Assembly: GCA_964016885.1 (NCBI GenBank)
Contig: OZ024755.1
Location: forward strand, 38,378,001-38,442,000
DNA: 64,000 nucleotides
Direction of reading: 5' to 3'
Origin: Eledone cirrhosa
Lineage: Eukaryota
Under the pieces are notes generated by a model. The model saw only the letters and a program-made list of their open reading frames with translations. It had not been told where the DNA came from and made no database searches. How positions within the stretch are numbered: position 1 is the first letter of the stretch; each line of letters begins with the position of its first letter. Positions 11,909 through 25,898 of the stretch are shown here, in pieces. A program made the translations under genes and the position numbers.

Positions 11909-14455
11909 GTATATATATATAACAGTAATACTAGTTATATATATATATAACAGTAATACTAGTTATATATATATAACAGTAATACTAGTTATATATATAA
12001 CAGTAATCCTAGTTATATATATATATAACAGTAATACTAGTTATATATATATAACAGTAATAATAGTTATATATATAACAGTAATCCTAGTTATATATAT
12101 AACAGTAATACTAGTTATATATATATAACAGTAATACTAGTTATATATATATATAACAGTAATACTAGTTATATATATATATAACAGTAATACTAGTTTA
12201 ATATATATATATAACAGTAATACTAGTTATATATATATATAACAGTAATACTAGTTATATATATATATATAACAGTAATCCTAGTTATATATATATAACA
12301 GTAATACTAGTTATATATATATAACAGTAATACTAGTTATATATATATAACAGTAATACTAGTTATATATATTTATAACAGTAATACTAGTTATATATAT
12401 AACAGTAATCCTAGTTATATATATAACAGTAATCCTAGTTATATATATATAACAGTAATACTAGTTATATATATATATAACAGTAATACTAGTTATATAT
12501 ATATAACAGTAATACTAGTTATATATATAACAGTAATCCTAGTTATATATATATATAACAGTAATACTAGTTATATATATATAACAGTAATAATAGTTAT
12601 ATATATAACAGTAATCCTAGTTATATATATAACAGTAATACTAGTTATATATATATAACAGTAATACTAGTTATATATATATATAACAGTAATACTAGTT
12701 ATATATATATATAACAGTAATACTAGTTTAATATATATATATAACAGTAATACTAGTTATATATATATATAACAGTAATACTAGTTATATATATATATAT
12801 ATAACAGTAATCCTAGTTATATATATATAACAGTAATACTAGTTATATATATATAACAGTAATATTAGTTATATATATATAACAGTAATACTAGTTATAT
12901 ATATATAACAGTAATACTAGTTATATATATATAACAGTAATCCTAGTTATATATATAACAGTAATCCTAGTTATATATATATAACAGTAATACTAGTTAT
13001 ATATATAACTGTAATCCAAGTTCTATATATATAACAGTAATCCTAGTTATATATATAACAGTAATACTAGTTATATATATATAACAGTAATACTAGTTAT
13101 ATATATATAACAGTAATACTAGTTATATATATAACAGTAATACTAGTTATATATATATATAACAGTAATACTAGTAATATATATATATAACAGTAATACT
13201 AGTTATATATATATAACAGTAATACTAGTTATATATATATAACAGTAATACTAGTTATATATATATAACAGTAATACTAGTTATATATATAACAGTAATA
13301 CTAGTTATATATATATATAACAGTAATACTAGTAATATATATATATAACAGTAATACTAGTTATATATATATAACAGTAATACTAGTTATATATATATAA
13401 CAGTAATACTAGTTATATATATAACAGTAATACTAGTTATATATATATATATAACAGTAATACTAGTAATATATATATATAACAGTAATACTAGTTATAT
13501 ATATATATAACAGTAATACTAGTTATATATATAACTGTAATCCAAGTTATATATATATAACAGTAATCCTAGTTATATATATAACAGTAATACTAGTTAT
13601 ATATATATAACAGTAATACTAGTTATATATATAACAGTAATACTAGTTATATATATATATAACAGTAATACTAGTTATATATATATATATAACAGTAATA
13701 CTAGTTATATATATATATAACAGTAATACTAGTTATATATATATATAACAGTAATACTAGTTATATATATATATAACAGTAATACTAGTTATATATATAT
13801 ATAACAGTAATACTAGTTATATATATATAACAGTAATACTAGTTATATATATAACTGTAATCCAAGTTATATATATATAACAGTAATCCTAGTTATATAT
13901 ATAACAGTAATACTAGTTATATATATATAACAGTAATACTAGTTATATATATAACAGTAATACTAGTTATATATATATATAACAGTAATACTAGTTATAT
14001 ATATATATAACAGTAATACTAGTTATATATATATATAACAGTAATACTAGTTATATATATATATAACAGTAATACTAGTTATATATATATATAACAGTAA
14101 TACTAGTTATATATATATAACAGTAATACTAGTTATATATATAACTGTAATCCAAGTTATATATATATAACAGTAATCCTAGTTATATATATAACAGTAA
14201 TACTAGTTATATATATATAACAGTAATACTAGTTATATATATAACAGTAATACTAGTTATATATAACAGTAATACTAGTTATATATATATAACAGTAATA
14301 CTAGTTATATATATAACAGTAATACTAGTTATATATATATATAACAGTAATACTAGTTATATATATATATAATAGTAATACTAGTTATATATAACAGTAA
14401 TACTAGTTATATATATATAACAGTAATACTAGTTATATATATATAACAGTAATCC
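11909..14455. repeat. AT-rich minisatellite: acagtaatactagt + variable (TA)n
   Basis: Direct reading; unit ~24-32 bp. Confidence 0.95.
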
Positions 14456-14549
14456 AGAAAGTTTTAAAAAAGCTGTCCACATTCCTTCAGTTAAATACTA
14501 CATCAGGTAGGAAGTTTAGGGGGAGGGGAAATTCTTTTAAATCCACCTC

Positions 14550-14915
14550 AGTGCATTACTGGTACTTTATTTTATCGACCCCGTAAGGTTGAAAGGCAAA
14601 GTTACCCATGATGGGATTTGAACTCAGAATGTAAAGGGATGTAACTATATGCCTGAAAGTATGTTGTCTGACGCTACAATACTGCCAATCCACTGCACTC
14701 TGATCATGATGATGATGATAATAATAATTGTTTCTACTGTAGGCACAAGGCCAGCAATTACTCAGTATATTACTGGTACTTTAGTTTATTGACCCCGTAA
14801 GGATGAAAGGCAAAGTTAACCTCGGCGGGATTTGAACTTAGAATGGCAGGATTTGAACTCAATGCGTCAAAGCATGGCGTCTGACCCTCTACCGATACTG
14901 ACAATTCACCGCCCT
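14550..14915 (-). mobile_element. Two SINE family A copies on the - strand
   Basis: ctggtactttattttatcgaccccgtaagg.tgaaaggcaaagtt (reverse complement of the core) occurs twice. Confidence 0.85.
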
Positions 14916-15959
14916 TGACTATGTCATTAATGTGTTCTAGGCTGGTAGTTGAGGCTTTCAAGTGTGTCCCATGATGGGAGGCTCAGTAGACCAGAACTTA
15001 CCTTGATCTCATTAGCATTAAACACCTGAAGATACAAGATGAGACACCTGTCCATCGCTGAGTTTAACCCCTGGTTGCTGCTAATGGTGGTGGTGGTACT
15101 GGGGGGTGCTACTGGTACTTCCTTTCAACTGAGTAAGACTGAAGGAATGTGAAATGCTGAAGGACATGTCTCCCAGTCTGTGATCAAACCCACAACCTTT
15201 TAATTGTGTTCCCAACATTTTAATCACTAAGCCATCCACCTTCACTAGTCATAACCTTAACCCTTTAGCATTTAAACTGGCTGTATCCTGCCACTATTCT
15301 CTCACCTCTTTCTGTCCAAACTGGCCGTAACCAGTTGCTCATACTTATGTTAAGGTATTGTTCTGAAAATAAATATTAAAATCTCATAGATTTGATATTA
15401 TGTGAGATAAAGCCTTTACTGTGAAAATACAATAGTAAATATAGAGTAAAGTAAATGCTAAAGAGATAATTATATATAATTTTGTATATAATAATTTTAC
15501 TTCACAGTAGAGGTTTTAATCACATTATATTCATGGTTCCTGGCCTGGCTGACATTTAGGAATATAAAAAAAAACATATGGCACAACATGTTTTAGAAAA
15601 TGTTAACTTTTTTTAGCCTCAGAAAAATTATGCTAGTCTTGGAAAGTTGTCAGAATTTTAGTTTTGGAATATAATAAAAAAAAAATTTTAAACAGATTTT
15701 AACATTTTGACAGAAGAATGTCAGAAAATTACACTGGTTTATGATCATTTGATAAAATAAAGTACCAGTAATGTACTGGTAATTAATGGGTCAATGTAAT
15801 CGACTTTCTCCTCTCCACAAACCATTGGCATTGTGCCTAAGTTAGAAACTATTATTAAATTCATCATTATCATCACCATTTAACATCCACTTTCCCTTCT
15901 TGCAAGAATTGCATGGATCCTCACAGACCTAGTACTCTATGAGAGCTACTCATGATCTC

Positions 15960-17760
15960 TCAGATAAGCTAGGTGCTGCATCCCACTTACATACTCTCAC
16001 ACTTTAAAGAGTACACTGAACATTTTAGTGAGGTCATCATATCTTTGATACAACTGAAGAGTTCTCTTTACTCTTTGTTTGGCATGGTTTCTACAGCTGG
16101 ATGTCCTTCCTATCACTAACCCCTTTAACAGAGTGTACTGGGAGGTTAAAGTGTCATGCTTGATCAGTCCTCTGAGTTCTTTTTTGGCATGGATGTTCCT
16201 GCTGGAAGCCCCACTCAACATCAGCCACTCCACAGATTATACTACTCATGCCCAATTGTGGCACCAGCACTTGAGAGACTGTTGGTCATTGACTCGACTG
16301 AAGAGCATACTCAACTCCCCTCCTTCTATCCTTCCCAGATCCTCAGCAGTCAAGACCCATAACCCATGACCATGCAACATCACTAAATTTAATTTGAGGC
16401 CTTTGACTCCAGATTTTCTTTCCATATCTGGAAGTTCTCTAATTCTTCTACTGTATCTGCTATGAGTGCTAGATCATTGACATACAGGAGTTCCCATGGA
16501 CATCAAGTCCTGAATTCCTCTCTTATGGCCTGGAGGACAATAATGAACAGGAGGGGACTGAGAATTGATCCTTGATGGACTCCTATTCACACACTAAATT
16601 TATCACTGAACTCATTGTTAACCCTCACCTCGCAGACTGCATCCCTGTACTTGGTTTGTACAGCCTCACAAGCCATTTATCTATCCCTAGTTTACTAAGC
16701 CTCCAACTAGATTACAGAGTATGGAAACCTCTCAAAGGCCTTTTCCAGGTCAACAAATAAAGGGTCACATTCCAGGCCAAGTCCTTCTCTGAGAAAGATG
16801 ACATCAATAGTGCTTCTCCCTGACATAAAACCAAACTGTATTTCATCCAGATTAATTCCATCCCTAATCAACTTTGTAACCTTCATAACCTGATCTAACA
16901 ATTTGATGTTTCTGTGATCTCTAGTGCATCTCCTTTACTCTTGTAACAGTTGACAATGATGCTACTACACCAGTCATTGGTTATGACACCTTCTCACACT
17001 ACCTGGCTTACTATACAAGTGACAAATCTGTGTCCTGCTCCAGCAGATAGTTTAACCATCTCAGTGACAATCACCAAATGGCCAGCTACCTTCCCTACCT
17101 TTATTTCCTTAATCATCTTATCTTCCATATTGCTGTCAACTTTGATGGCTTGTCCCTTAGTAAGAGTCTACTCCCATGCATTCTCCTTGTTCAACAACCT
17201 CTCATAGTAACCCTTCCATGCTTCCTTCTTTTTGGCATCAGTAAAGGTAAGTGAGCCACTGTCGTTTCGTACACACTTTTCTCCTAAGACATCCTGGTTT
17301 TCTCTAGTACACTCTCTTGTAATTCAGAAAACTTTCTGTCTCTGATCCTCACACTGGAACATTGGCAAACCTCCTACTTTCTGTCTCCCCTCTTGCCAAA
17401 TAAACCTGATGCCTAGTCTCACTTTTATCTGCCTTGTATTGTTCCCTGTTATGCCTTGCCCTCCTGACATTCCAACCCTGTCTCTTAGCTTTTAGAGCCC
17501 TATCTATTGTATTCCCTCTAGCTGGTACCCTTCCTCATTCCAAGATCTCATCTGCGGTCCACAGTAGGTTGCCTTGTGCCTCTTTTAGTATGTCTCTAAA
17601 CCTCTGGCTCTTCAAAGATTCTTTAAGCTTCCATATCCTTCTTCTCTAGACAGTTTTAAGTTTCTGTGTGTATCTAACTTATACTCTTAAAGTCACTAAT
17701 CACTAACCTATTTTGAGAGGTGCATTCTTCTTCAGGGAAACTTTTACTATTTACAACCCT
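15960..17760 (-). mobile_element. Decayed RTE-like LINE reverse transcriptase fragment
   Basis: - strand remnants: IQFGFMSGRSTIDVIF, LFVDLEKAF, HQGSILSPLLFIIVL, PWELLYVNDLALIAD (degenerate YADD). Multiple stops and frameshifts. Confidence 0.85.
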
Positions 17761-18096
17761 CTGCATATTATGTTTATATTTTGATGTTTAATAAATATGT
17801 ATAAGCCTGCGTAAAAACAGAAATATTCCCAAGCCATATGTAAAATGTATTTCCTCCGTCTCCTAAAGTTGGTAATACTTTTACTTTATGACTCTTCAAT
17901 GTTACTAAACATTTCTAGTTAGTTAACTACACTGAACACATTGCCAACTATTTAGAACCAATTCTCTCTCTCGCACGTTATTTATATAGCTGTGAAGCTC
18001 TACCAGTGACACAAAGGCCAAGAATCACTGGAATAGTTTCACAGTTAAAATAAAATATACCCATGGATTGAGCTTTGTTTCTCCTGTTTACACAGC

Positions 18097-18212
<116 letters not shown>

Positions 18213-18217
18213 AATGC

Positions 18218-18676
18218 AAAGTATATGAATTTGTATATCTAGTGATATATGGTATGTTTATAAATAAACATTTTGTAAGCCTTCATCTATGAATCTGGAA
18301 ACTCACAGCATAGCACCATCTAACAGATTCCATATACACAGTTATGTTAGAGCTAACACCCTAATTTTATTTTCCGGCCAAGCCAGCTGATAGCTCTACA
18401 TGCAAATGACACTAATCAGCCCATGTACATAAGTGTCTAAACTATATGTTTTGGCCTATATTGAGTTCCAGCAGCAAGCAGGGTAAGATGCACTGGCTTG
18501 ATACAACCAGAGTCAGAAACAATGACATGATTGTCATCAGTTACCTATCCTTAGCTTCTGCTGGAATCTGCTAGATGGTGCTATGCCATCAGTTTCCAGA
18601 TTCATAGCTGAAGGCTTCCAAAATGTTTATTTATAATCATGCCGTATTTCCCTAAATATACAAATTCACATACTTC
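18218..18676. repeat. Imperfect inverted repeat (MITE-like), ~110-bp arms
   Basis: tataaataaacattttg.aagccttca.ctatgaatctggaaact..gcatagcaccatcta.cagattcca (18218-18331) is mirrored at 18562-18676. Confidence 0.85.
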
Positions 18677-18826
18677 ATGGAGCTAACACCATAATTAGAT
18701 ATCTAGTGCTTCCCCTTTCCTTTGGCCTCATTAAAATATATAATTTGCGGTTAGATTAATTACATGTACTGTGTTCAGTTGTTGATCTGAAAAATATTAT
18801 TAATGAATTAATTTGTGTTATTTCAG

Positions 18827-19199
18827 CTACCCCAGAAATGCTTTCACCAGTTGGATTTGATGCTCCCACGCCGCCACCACAACCCTCACCAAGTGCCTTC
18901 AATTACCAAAGACCTGGATATCTCTCGCACTTTCAAAGCCCACCAGTAATCAGTCCCACAGTCTCCAAAACTGTTTCCTTCTCCCCCAATCAACAGTACC
19001 AACCAATGGGTTACCATGACCGTACCGACATTTTGAACTCTCTGGAGAGCCAAATTATTTCTCCAAAAATGAAACACAGTCCCAGCGCAGGTCGTAAGTC
19101 CATGTCCCCCATCAACAAAACTCTACCAATTGTACAAACAACAACAACAACAGCAAAGAGTAAATATGTTCTTCCTGATGATGACCTAGCTCTGAAAAC
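18827..19199 (+). CDS. SORBS1: SORBS/CAP-family exon: Pro/Ser-rich linker between SH3 #2 and #3
   Basis: ttatttcag|CT ACC CCA GAA ATG ... AAA AC|gtaagt. Phase 1/2 matches both neighbouring exons; same frame as ORF 18838..19203. Confidence 0.85.
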
Positions 19200-20043
19200 G
19201 TAAGTCTCTCCTGTGTGTATATATGTTGGGTAATGTAGTTGGTGTGTGCCTTATATGGGAAGATTAACTTTCAAAACTTGATTCAGTGGAATGATACGTA
19301 ATGGGACCCGCACACCCTCCCAGCCCCAGCAGATAGAATGGAGAAGGCGTTTCCCCGGAGGATGGTAAGGGAGACGCGCTGGAAAAGCCACTCCAACTCG
19401 CGGGGCTCACACCTGAGGCTGGCCAGCTCAGCTCCCTACACAGTGGTGAGTAGGGAGGGAGATCATTGCTTCTTATTAGTTGAGGAGCCAGTTCAGTTTT
19501 GGTGACATTCCTGATTCAGGCTCCAGCCAGACAAAATTCTTCAAAGTTAGATTGGGATAAATTTCCACTGTTGTTGTTTTTTCCTGTTTAGTGAGAAAGA
19601 GAAGGGCAGGGGTAATAACCCCCTTTTAGGACCTTCATATGTTGTGTCAGGGAGTGAGGAAGGTATCCTCAAACTGGAGCCCTGGATTGAATGTTTATAA
19701 CAGGGTGGGCTGGTATTTTGTTTATTAGTTTATCTTTTACAGTTAGTCAGTGAGGGAGGGGTAGAGCCCACAGTGTTTTTCCTGGATTCAGTGAGTAGTG
19801 GGAGGGAACAAAAGAGGTATATTCCTTCTGACTCCAACTAATACCTTCTTCTAAGTATGGTATATACCCTCTCTACAGCTTCAGCAGGGGTTACGAGGGG
19901 TCAGAAAGAAAGATTAACAATGATCCCTGTTGAACCATAAACTGGAATATAGACAACTGTTAACACTGTAGTGTCACACTGGGACAGAGAGATGCACATC
20001 ATCATCAACACCATCATCATCATATTCTAATGTCTGCACACAA

Positions 20044-20111
<68 letters not shown>

Positions 20112-20468
20112 TGAAAGACGTAAAATAAGAAGATTATAAAAATTAACTTACTTACTAAAATTTCACTCCAACTAATTAGTTTCTGAAAGGGAATAAACAT
20201 GGTTTCCGAATGGAACAACATGGAGAATGCCTTTCGTCATCAGGAAGTCAATTCTCAGCTAAGTTCCCAGGCGATGCGTGGATACAGGGAACTTATACAA
20301 AAATAATTCAGTGGATGGAAAAATATATGTATATATATACACATGCATATATATATTTATGTAAATTGAATGAAAAGCAAAAATGAAGTTTGGCAAGATT
20401 TTCGATTTTACGTTGTTTAGCATTATATTTCTTTCCACATTATATATATATATATGTGTGTGTGTATC

Positions 20469-20515
<47 letters not shown>

Positions 20516-20730
20516 ATCTGTGTGTGTGTAAAATAAAAACCTAGTCACTGAAGAGGTCACAGAATGTGTGACGTAAGAGCTTTGACAATATATGAACAAC
20601 CTCCTGGTTACCGAACCAACCAAACAACAGGAAATTTATAATAAATTGAAGTGAAAACCAACAGGTGCATGTGTTTTTATTGGCAGCATGACCCTCCCAA
20701 AGTATAACAATATATATATATATATATACA

Positions 20731-21060
20731 TGGAGGCACATGGCTTAGTGGTTAGAGCACTGACCTTGCAATCGAAAGGTTGTGAGTTCAATTCTCAGAC
20801 CGGGTGATGTGTTGTTTCTTTGAGCAAGACACTTTATTTCACATTGCTCCAGTTTACTCAGCTGTAGAAATGAGATGATAGGGACTGGGGTCCCTATCAT
20901 TCCACTGCAAAGTGGTCGTGGAGGTGCCACGGCAAAAAAGCACCCAGCACTCACTGTAAATGAGGTTGGTGTTAGGAAGGGCATCCAGCTGTAGAAATCA
21001 AGCCAGAATCAGTTCCCGTCTCACCCTTGCAAGCAGGGAAAAGCGGACGTAAAATGAAAA
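20731..21060 (+). mobile_element. CORE-type SINE family B, full length
   Basis: Near-identical reverse complement of 3634-3975; the two spurious ORFs 3722.. and 20745.. translate almost identically. Confidence 0.9.
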
Positions 21061-21759
21061 AAAATAAAATGTATATATATATATATCTATAAACAAACAT
21101 AAATTATCGAGATTCGCATTTCGGCCCACGAAATAACGAAAAACAACCTCCGAGATGTGTGGCAAGTGCTCAATGATTCAGATGAACCAGAGCTATAACA
21201 AACGTTAAAGGCCAAACACACTGAGACGATAGTTAAATAATCATTCGCATAGCCAAAAAAACGATCAAGTAATTCGGGTCAAACAAATAAAAAATATGTG
21301 ATTGAAAATTTACCCGGACCCCTGGAAGGTTGGTAAAATCCAGCATTTGGGTTTCTGCGGCTCCTAAATCAAGTAGTGTCCGCTTACATAAATAATGTTA
21401 GGCTTCTGGTAAGATGATTGAACAAGGAAGCCACTTTCTCAACAGGTTTTAGTTCAATGTTAATACAAGGACTGACTATTGCTGACCCCACGTGGGGATT
21501 GGTAAGGGAGGCAACCCCTATATCAGGCGAATGAATTCAGTTGTGTATATTTTTGCAAGAATGCAAAAACATCACAAATCGAATAGAGTTCTCAACAGAA
21601 GGGTTAAAATTAACATAAGCTATTCATCAGTCAATAGAATCAACTAAAAAATCAAGAAAATTAACTGGTCAATTGCTAGAGTCTGGAGATTAATATAAAT
21701 ATAAATTATCGAGATATATATATATGGCTGCTTATAATTATTTTTTGTTTGGTTTTTAG

Positions 21760-21926
21760 GTATCGTGCAATTTATGCTTATAAACCTCAGAATGAAGATG
21801 AATTAGAACTGTGGGAAGGAGATGACGTGTATGTAATGGAAAAGTGTGATGATGGCTGGTATGTGGGAACGTCAGCACGAACTGGGATATTTGGTACTTT
21901 CCCAGGAAACTATATTCAACCTGTAT
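21760..21926 (+). CDS. SORBS1: SORBS/CAP-family exon: C-terminal SH3 #3
   Basis: ggtttttag|G TAT ... GTA T|gtaagt. Encodes [55 protein letters not shown]; the [22 protein letters not shown] segment is characteristic of the last SH3 of SORBS1/2/3 and Drosophila CAP. Confidence 0.95.
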
Positions 21927-21981
21927 GTAAGTATATAACACAAATTATTATTATTGTTATTATTATTATTATTATGAATAA

Positions 21982-22202
21982 AGGTGGTTGACTTGGCAGT
22001 ATTGGTAGAGCGTCAGACCCCATGCTTTGCAGCATAGAGTTACGACCCTTTATGTTCTGAGTTCAAATTCTGCTGAGGTTAATTTTGCCTTTCATCCTTA
22101 CGGGGTCGATAAAATAAAGTACCAGTAATGTACTGGGGTTGATTTAATCAACTTTCCTCTCCCCTTCAAATTGCTGGCCTTGTGCCAAAAGTAGAAACAA
22201 TT
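21982..22202 (+). mobile_element. SINE family A
   Basis: Head, core and tail present. Confidence 0.85.
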
Positions 22203-22479
22203 ATTATTATTATGAATTTGATATCTCAGTCATTGATGTTATTTAACCGGGAAATTTACCCAAACGAACATCGGGTCGCTAGCTGTAGCCTCAACTATTA
22301 AGGACATATTGGTCCTTACTGTTCCTTTTAAAGGACACCTGGGCAGAGGTGGTGAGAGCTGATCTCCCAGAGGAGATCATGACGGAAGATGACAATTGGA
22401 GAAATATTGTATGGAGGCACATGGCTTAGTGGTTAGAGCATTGGCCTTGCAATCGAAAGGTATTTCCTTGCTGACCCAT

Positions 22480-23135
22480 GTGTTCCAGGTGGCATGGATC
22501 TCTAAAAAGGCCCCTTAAGCAATGGTAATCTTGGGTGATAATCCCAGTTTTCAAAAAGGGGTATGAGAGATTGCTGTAATTATAGAGAGATCTTTTTGTT
22601 AAGCGTCCCCAGTAAAGTCTATGCTAAGTGGCAAAGAGATGTAGGGATATTGTAGAGATGAAGCTGACAAACAGTGTGGTTTTTTCCCTGGATGCAGCAC
22701 AGCCAACCAAATATTCACACTGACTCAGTACTAGTTTATAATATCCACAACACTACCAAAAAGATGTAAGGATATTGTAGAGTTGAAGCTGACAAACAGT
22801 GTGGTTTTTTCCCTGGATGCAGCACAGCCAACCAAATATTCACACTGACTCAGTACTAGTTTATAATATCCACAACACTACCAAAAAGATGTAGGGATAT
22901 TGTAGAGTTGAAGCTGACAAACAGTGTGGTTTTTTCCCTGGATGCAGCACAGCCAACCAAATATTCACACTGACTCAGTACTAGTTTATAATATCCACAA
23001 CACTACCAAAAAGATGTAAGGATATTGTAGAGTTGAAGCTGACAAACAGTGTGGTTTTTTCCCTGGATGCAGCACAGCCAACCAAATATTCACACTGACT
23101 CAGTACTAGTTTATAATATCCACAACACTACCAAA
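22480..23135 (+). mobile_element. RTE-like LINE RT fragment with a 125-bp segment repeated four times (22638-23135)
   Basis: Remnants IIPVFKKG, NYREIFLLSVPSKVYAK, QCGFFPGCSTANQIFTL (cf. QCGFRPGRST.DQIFTL). Unit starts at 22638, 22763, 22888 and 23013. Confidence 0.8.
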
Positions 23136-23171
23136 GACATGACTTTAACAATTCATTGTTTTTACTTGTAG

Positions 23172-23500
23172 GATCTTGGTGACAGAAGATTCAACCAGCT
23201 ATAAGATTGACTAGCATCCCAGTTCGCTAGAAAAAAAGAATAGGGAAAAAGAAGAACGGAAAAAAAAAAAGAAATACAGAATTTATGAAGCCATCCTACA
23301 TATATGCCAAATTCTATTTATTTAATTTATTTTAATGATTTTTAAAAATAATAATCATAATCTAGAGAACTATTTGTTAATTAGAAAAACAATTTATTTT
23401 TAAAAAAATTCACTGGCTGCAACTTATACAATGCTCAATGTTTCGTAAATAATTTCTTTATTTCTCATTTAATTAATAGACAATAAAATTTTATTTCAAG
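23172..23500 (+). other. SORBS1: Probable last exon of the SORBS/CAP gene: completes the stop codon (T|GA), then 3' UTR (3' end uncertain)
   Basis: Acceptor tttttacttgtag|GA joins the phase-1 T of the previous exon to give TGA right after IQPV. AATAAA at ~23482, with others at ~24941 and beyond. Confidence 0.7.
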
Positions 23501-23593
23501 GTGCACAAAATTCTTCTTCAAACTTCAAAATATGTACTATGGTATATGTATGCTACATAATTTCATATATATACATATATATATATATACAAG

Positions 23594-23624
<31 letters not shown>

Positions 23625-23657
23625 GCATGTATATATATATATATATATATATGCATG

Positions 23658-23691
<34 letters not shown>

Positions 23692-23693
23692 CA

Positions 23694-23730
<37 letters not shown>

Positions 23731-23819
23731 GCATATATATATATTTATACATATATATATACATGCATATATACATATAGCAGGGAAAAGCGGATGTAAA
23801 ATGATGATGATGATGTGTG

Positions 23820-23852
<33 letters not shown>

Positions 23853-23931
23853 GTGTGTATGTATATGTGTGTATTTATATGTGTATATATATATATGTGT
23901 ATGTATGTATATATATATATATATGTGTATG

Positions 23932-23967
<36 letters not shown>

Positions 23968-25237
23968 GAGAGAGACAGAGTGAGAGAGAAATAGATATTT
24001 ATGTGTGTGTGTTTTATATATGCATGTATATGGAGTGTCGATGGTGCTTAAACCCAGAAAGACCAGTAATTGAAGGAGTACTCAATACCTAGTGAGATGC
24101 AGAGCTGGTATGTATTTAGGAAGAAAATATTCGACCATCAACTCCTACAGTTTCTGTTTCTAACTTCACTCTGATGAGAGTCTGTGTGAAGTCACAAACA
24201 GAAGACAGAATATATATGTTGATTTGTTCATTTTCCTCAACATAGCTCTGACAGTGATGTGTCAGCAAAGCAAGAGTTAGTTCACCTTCATCAGAGACGT
24301 TCTCCAGCTCCTTCGATGAGGTTCAGTGGATATTTGCTTTGAGGAAAAATTGTAGAAAATTAATAAATCAACATATATAATTACTCTATTATAAATATTG
24401 AGTTCTTGCTTTATGGAATACTAAGACCACCAGTTATAAGACCACCAATATATATATATATATATGTGTGTGTATCCGAAGTTCAATCGGGGGTAACCAC
24501 AGTAAGTAAGGTACTCAATACTTAGTAGAGTATTTACAAGATTTAATATAGAAATGGCTTCTACAAGACTAGAACTGTTTCATTTGTAGGAATGCCTTGA
24601 TTATTTCATTCGAATGAAACAGTTCTTGCCCAGTAGAAGCTATTTCTATGTTAAATCTTATATATACATATATATATATGTGTGTGCGTGTGTGTATATA
24701 TATATACATATATGATTTTATATATGTATGTGTACATACATAGAATGTTTGCTTGTACAATAGTATAACTGCTATATTCCAGCTATTCTATTTAACACAC
24801 ACTAAAGACTGCTTTGTTTAACATTCAACAGAGATTGTTGTATTTTAGTAAGTTTTTCAGAACTGCGAACTGTATTGTATTTTAGTTTAATTTTGTTGCA
24901 CCTCACCCTGATGTAGTTTAGTTTAGATTTTAGATTGACAAATAAAAAAGGACTTTGACAATTTCTGGTTTTATGTTTTCAAAAACACCCTCCCACCTTC
25001 TCTCTCCAATATGCTCTACCTTCCCTTTCCACTGCCCCCATCACCCCAGTATCTCAACCACAATTACACAAGTAAATGGATAAAACAATTATTATTCTTT
25101 GTGCATGTATGTATGTGTGTTTATATAAATAAACCACAAAACACATTATAGTAAAGAAGCAATGGACTTCATCAGGCTGCATGTGTCACCATCAACCAGG
25201 TTTCTATTTTAACTACTGCAACCCAGGCTCCACACAA

Positions 25238-25294
<57 letters not shown>

Positions 25295-25601
25295 AAATTG
25301 GTCGTTTTGGAAGCCTCAACAATGCAGATGAATAAATCTCCGGGTAACAGAATCAGGTGGTAATGAGAGAGATGTAAGAGGAAATGTAGAATGAGATGTA
25401 TAGTGTGTAGAGGAACGAAGGAAAGAGTGTAAATATAACAACACGAGATAGTTACCTTGGAAGTGATTTAATTGTCCCTATATTTCGGATTTCGCATCCA
25501 TCAACTGGGGGTTTACCGAGGGGCAAAGTTTCTAGTTGAAGAGGAACAACACGTGACCTCTGTTGTCTACCGTGTGTGTACAACAATATATATATATATA
25601 T

Positions 25602-25898
25602 ATAGTGAAAGAGTGAAGAATAACAGGGTCCGCAAAAAGGGTTTTATTTACAGTATTAACAATTATTTCATGATCAGGTGAGTCTAAAGGCCGCTGATCA
25701 CTCGAAATCGTGTCACTCGACCTTAAATACAGTGTGCATCTCTGATCAAATCATTGGAATATAGTATTTAAGGTCGAGTGATGCAATTTCGAGTGATCAG
25801 TGGCCTTTAGACTCAACTGATCAATGAAATAATTGCTAACACTATAAATAAAACCCTTTTTGTACAGCCGACCATGTTATTCTTCAATCTTTCACTAT
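25602..25898. repeat. Long imperfect hairpin, ~130-bp arms and ~33-nt loop
   Basis: ..gagtctaaaggccgctgatcactcgaaat..tcactcgaccttaaatac / gtatttaaggtcgagtga..atttcgagtgatcagtggcctttagactc.. Confidence 0.9.

Noticed and set aside
20731-20805. tRNA gene
   Set aside because: A and B boxes are present, but the sequence continues into a SINE core and tail, and the acceptor stem does not close.
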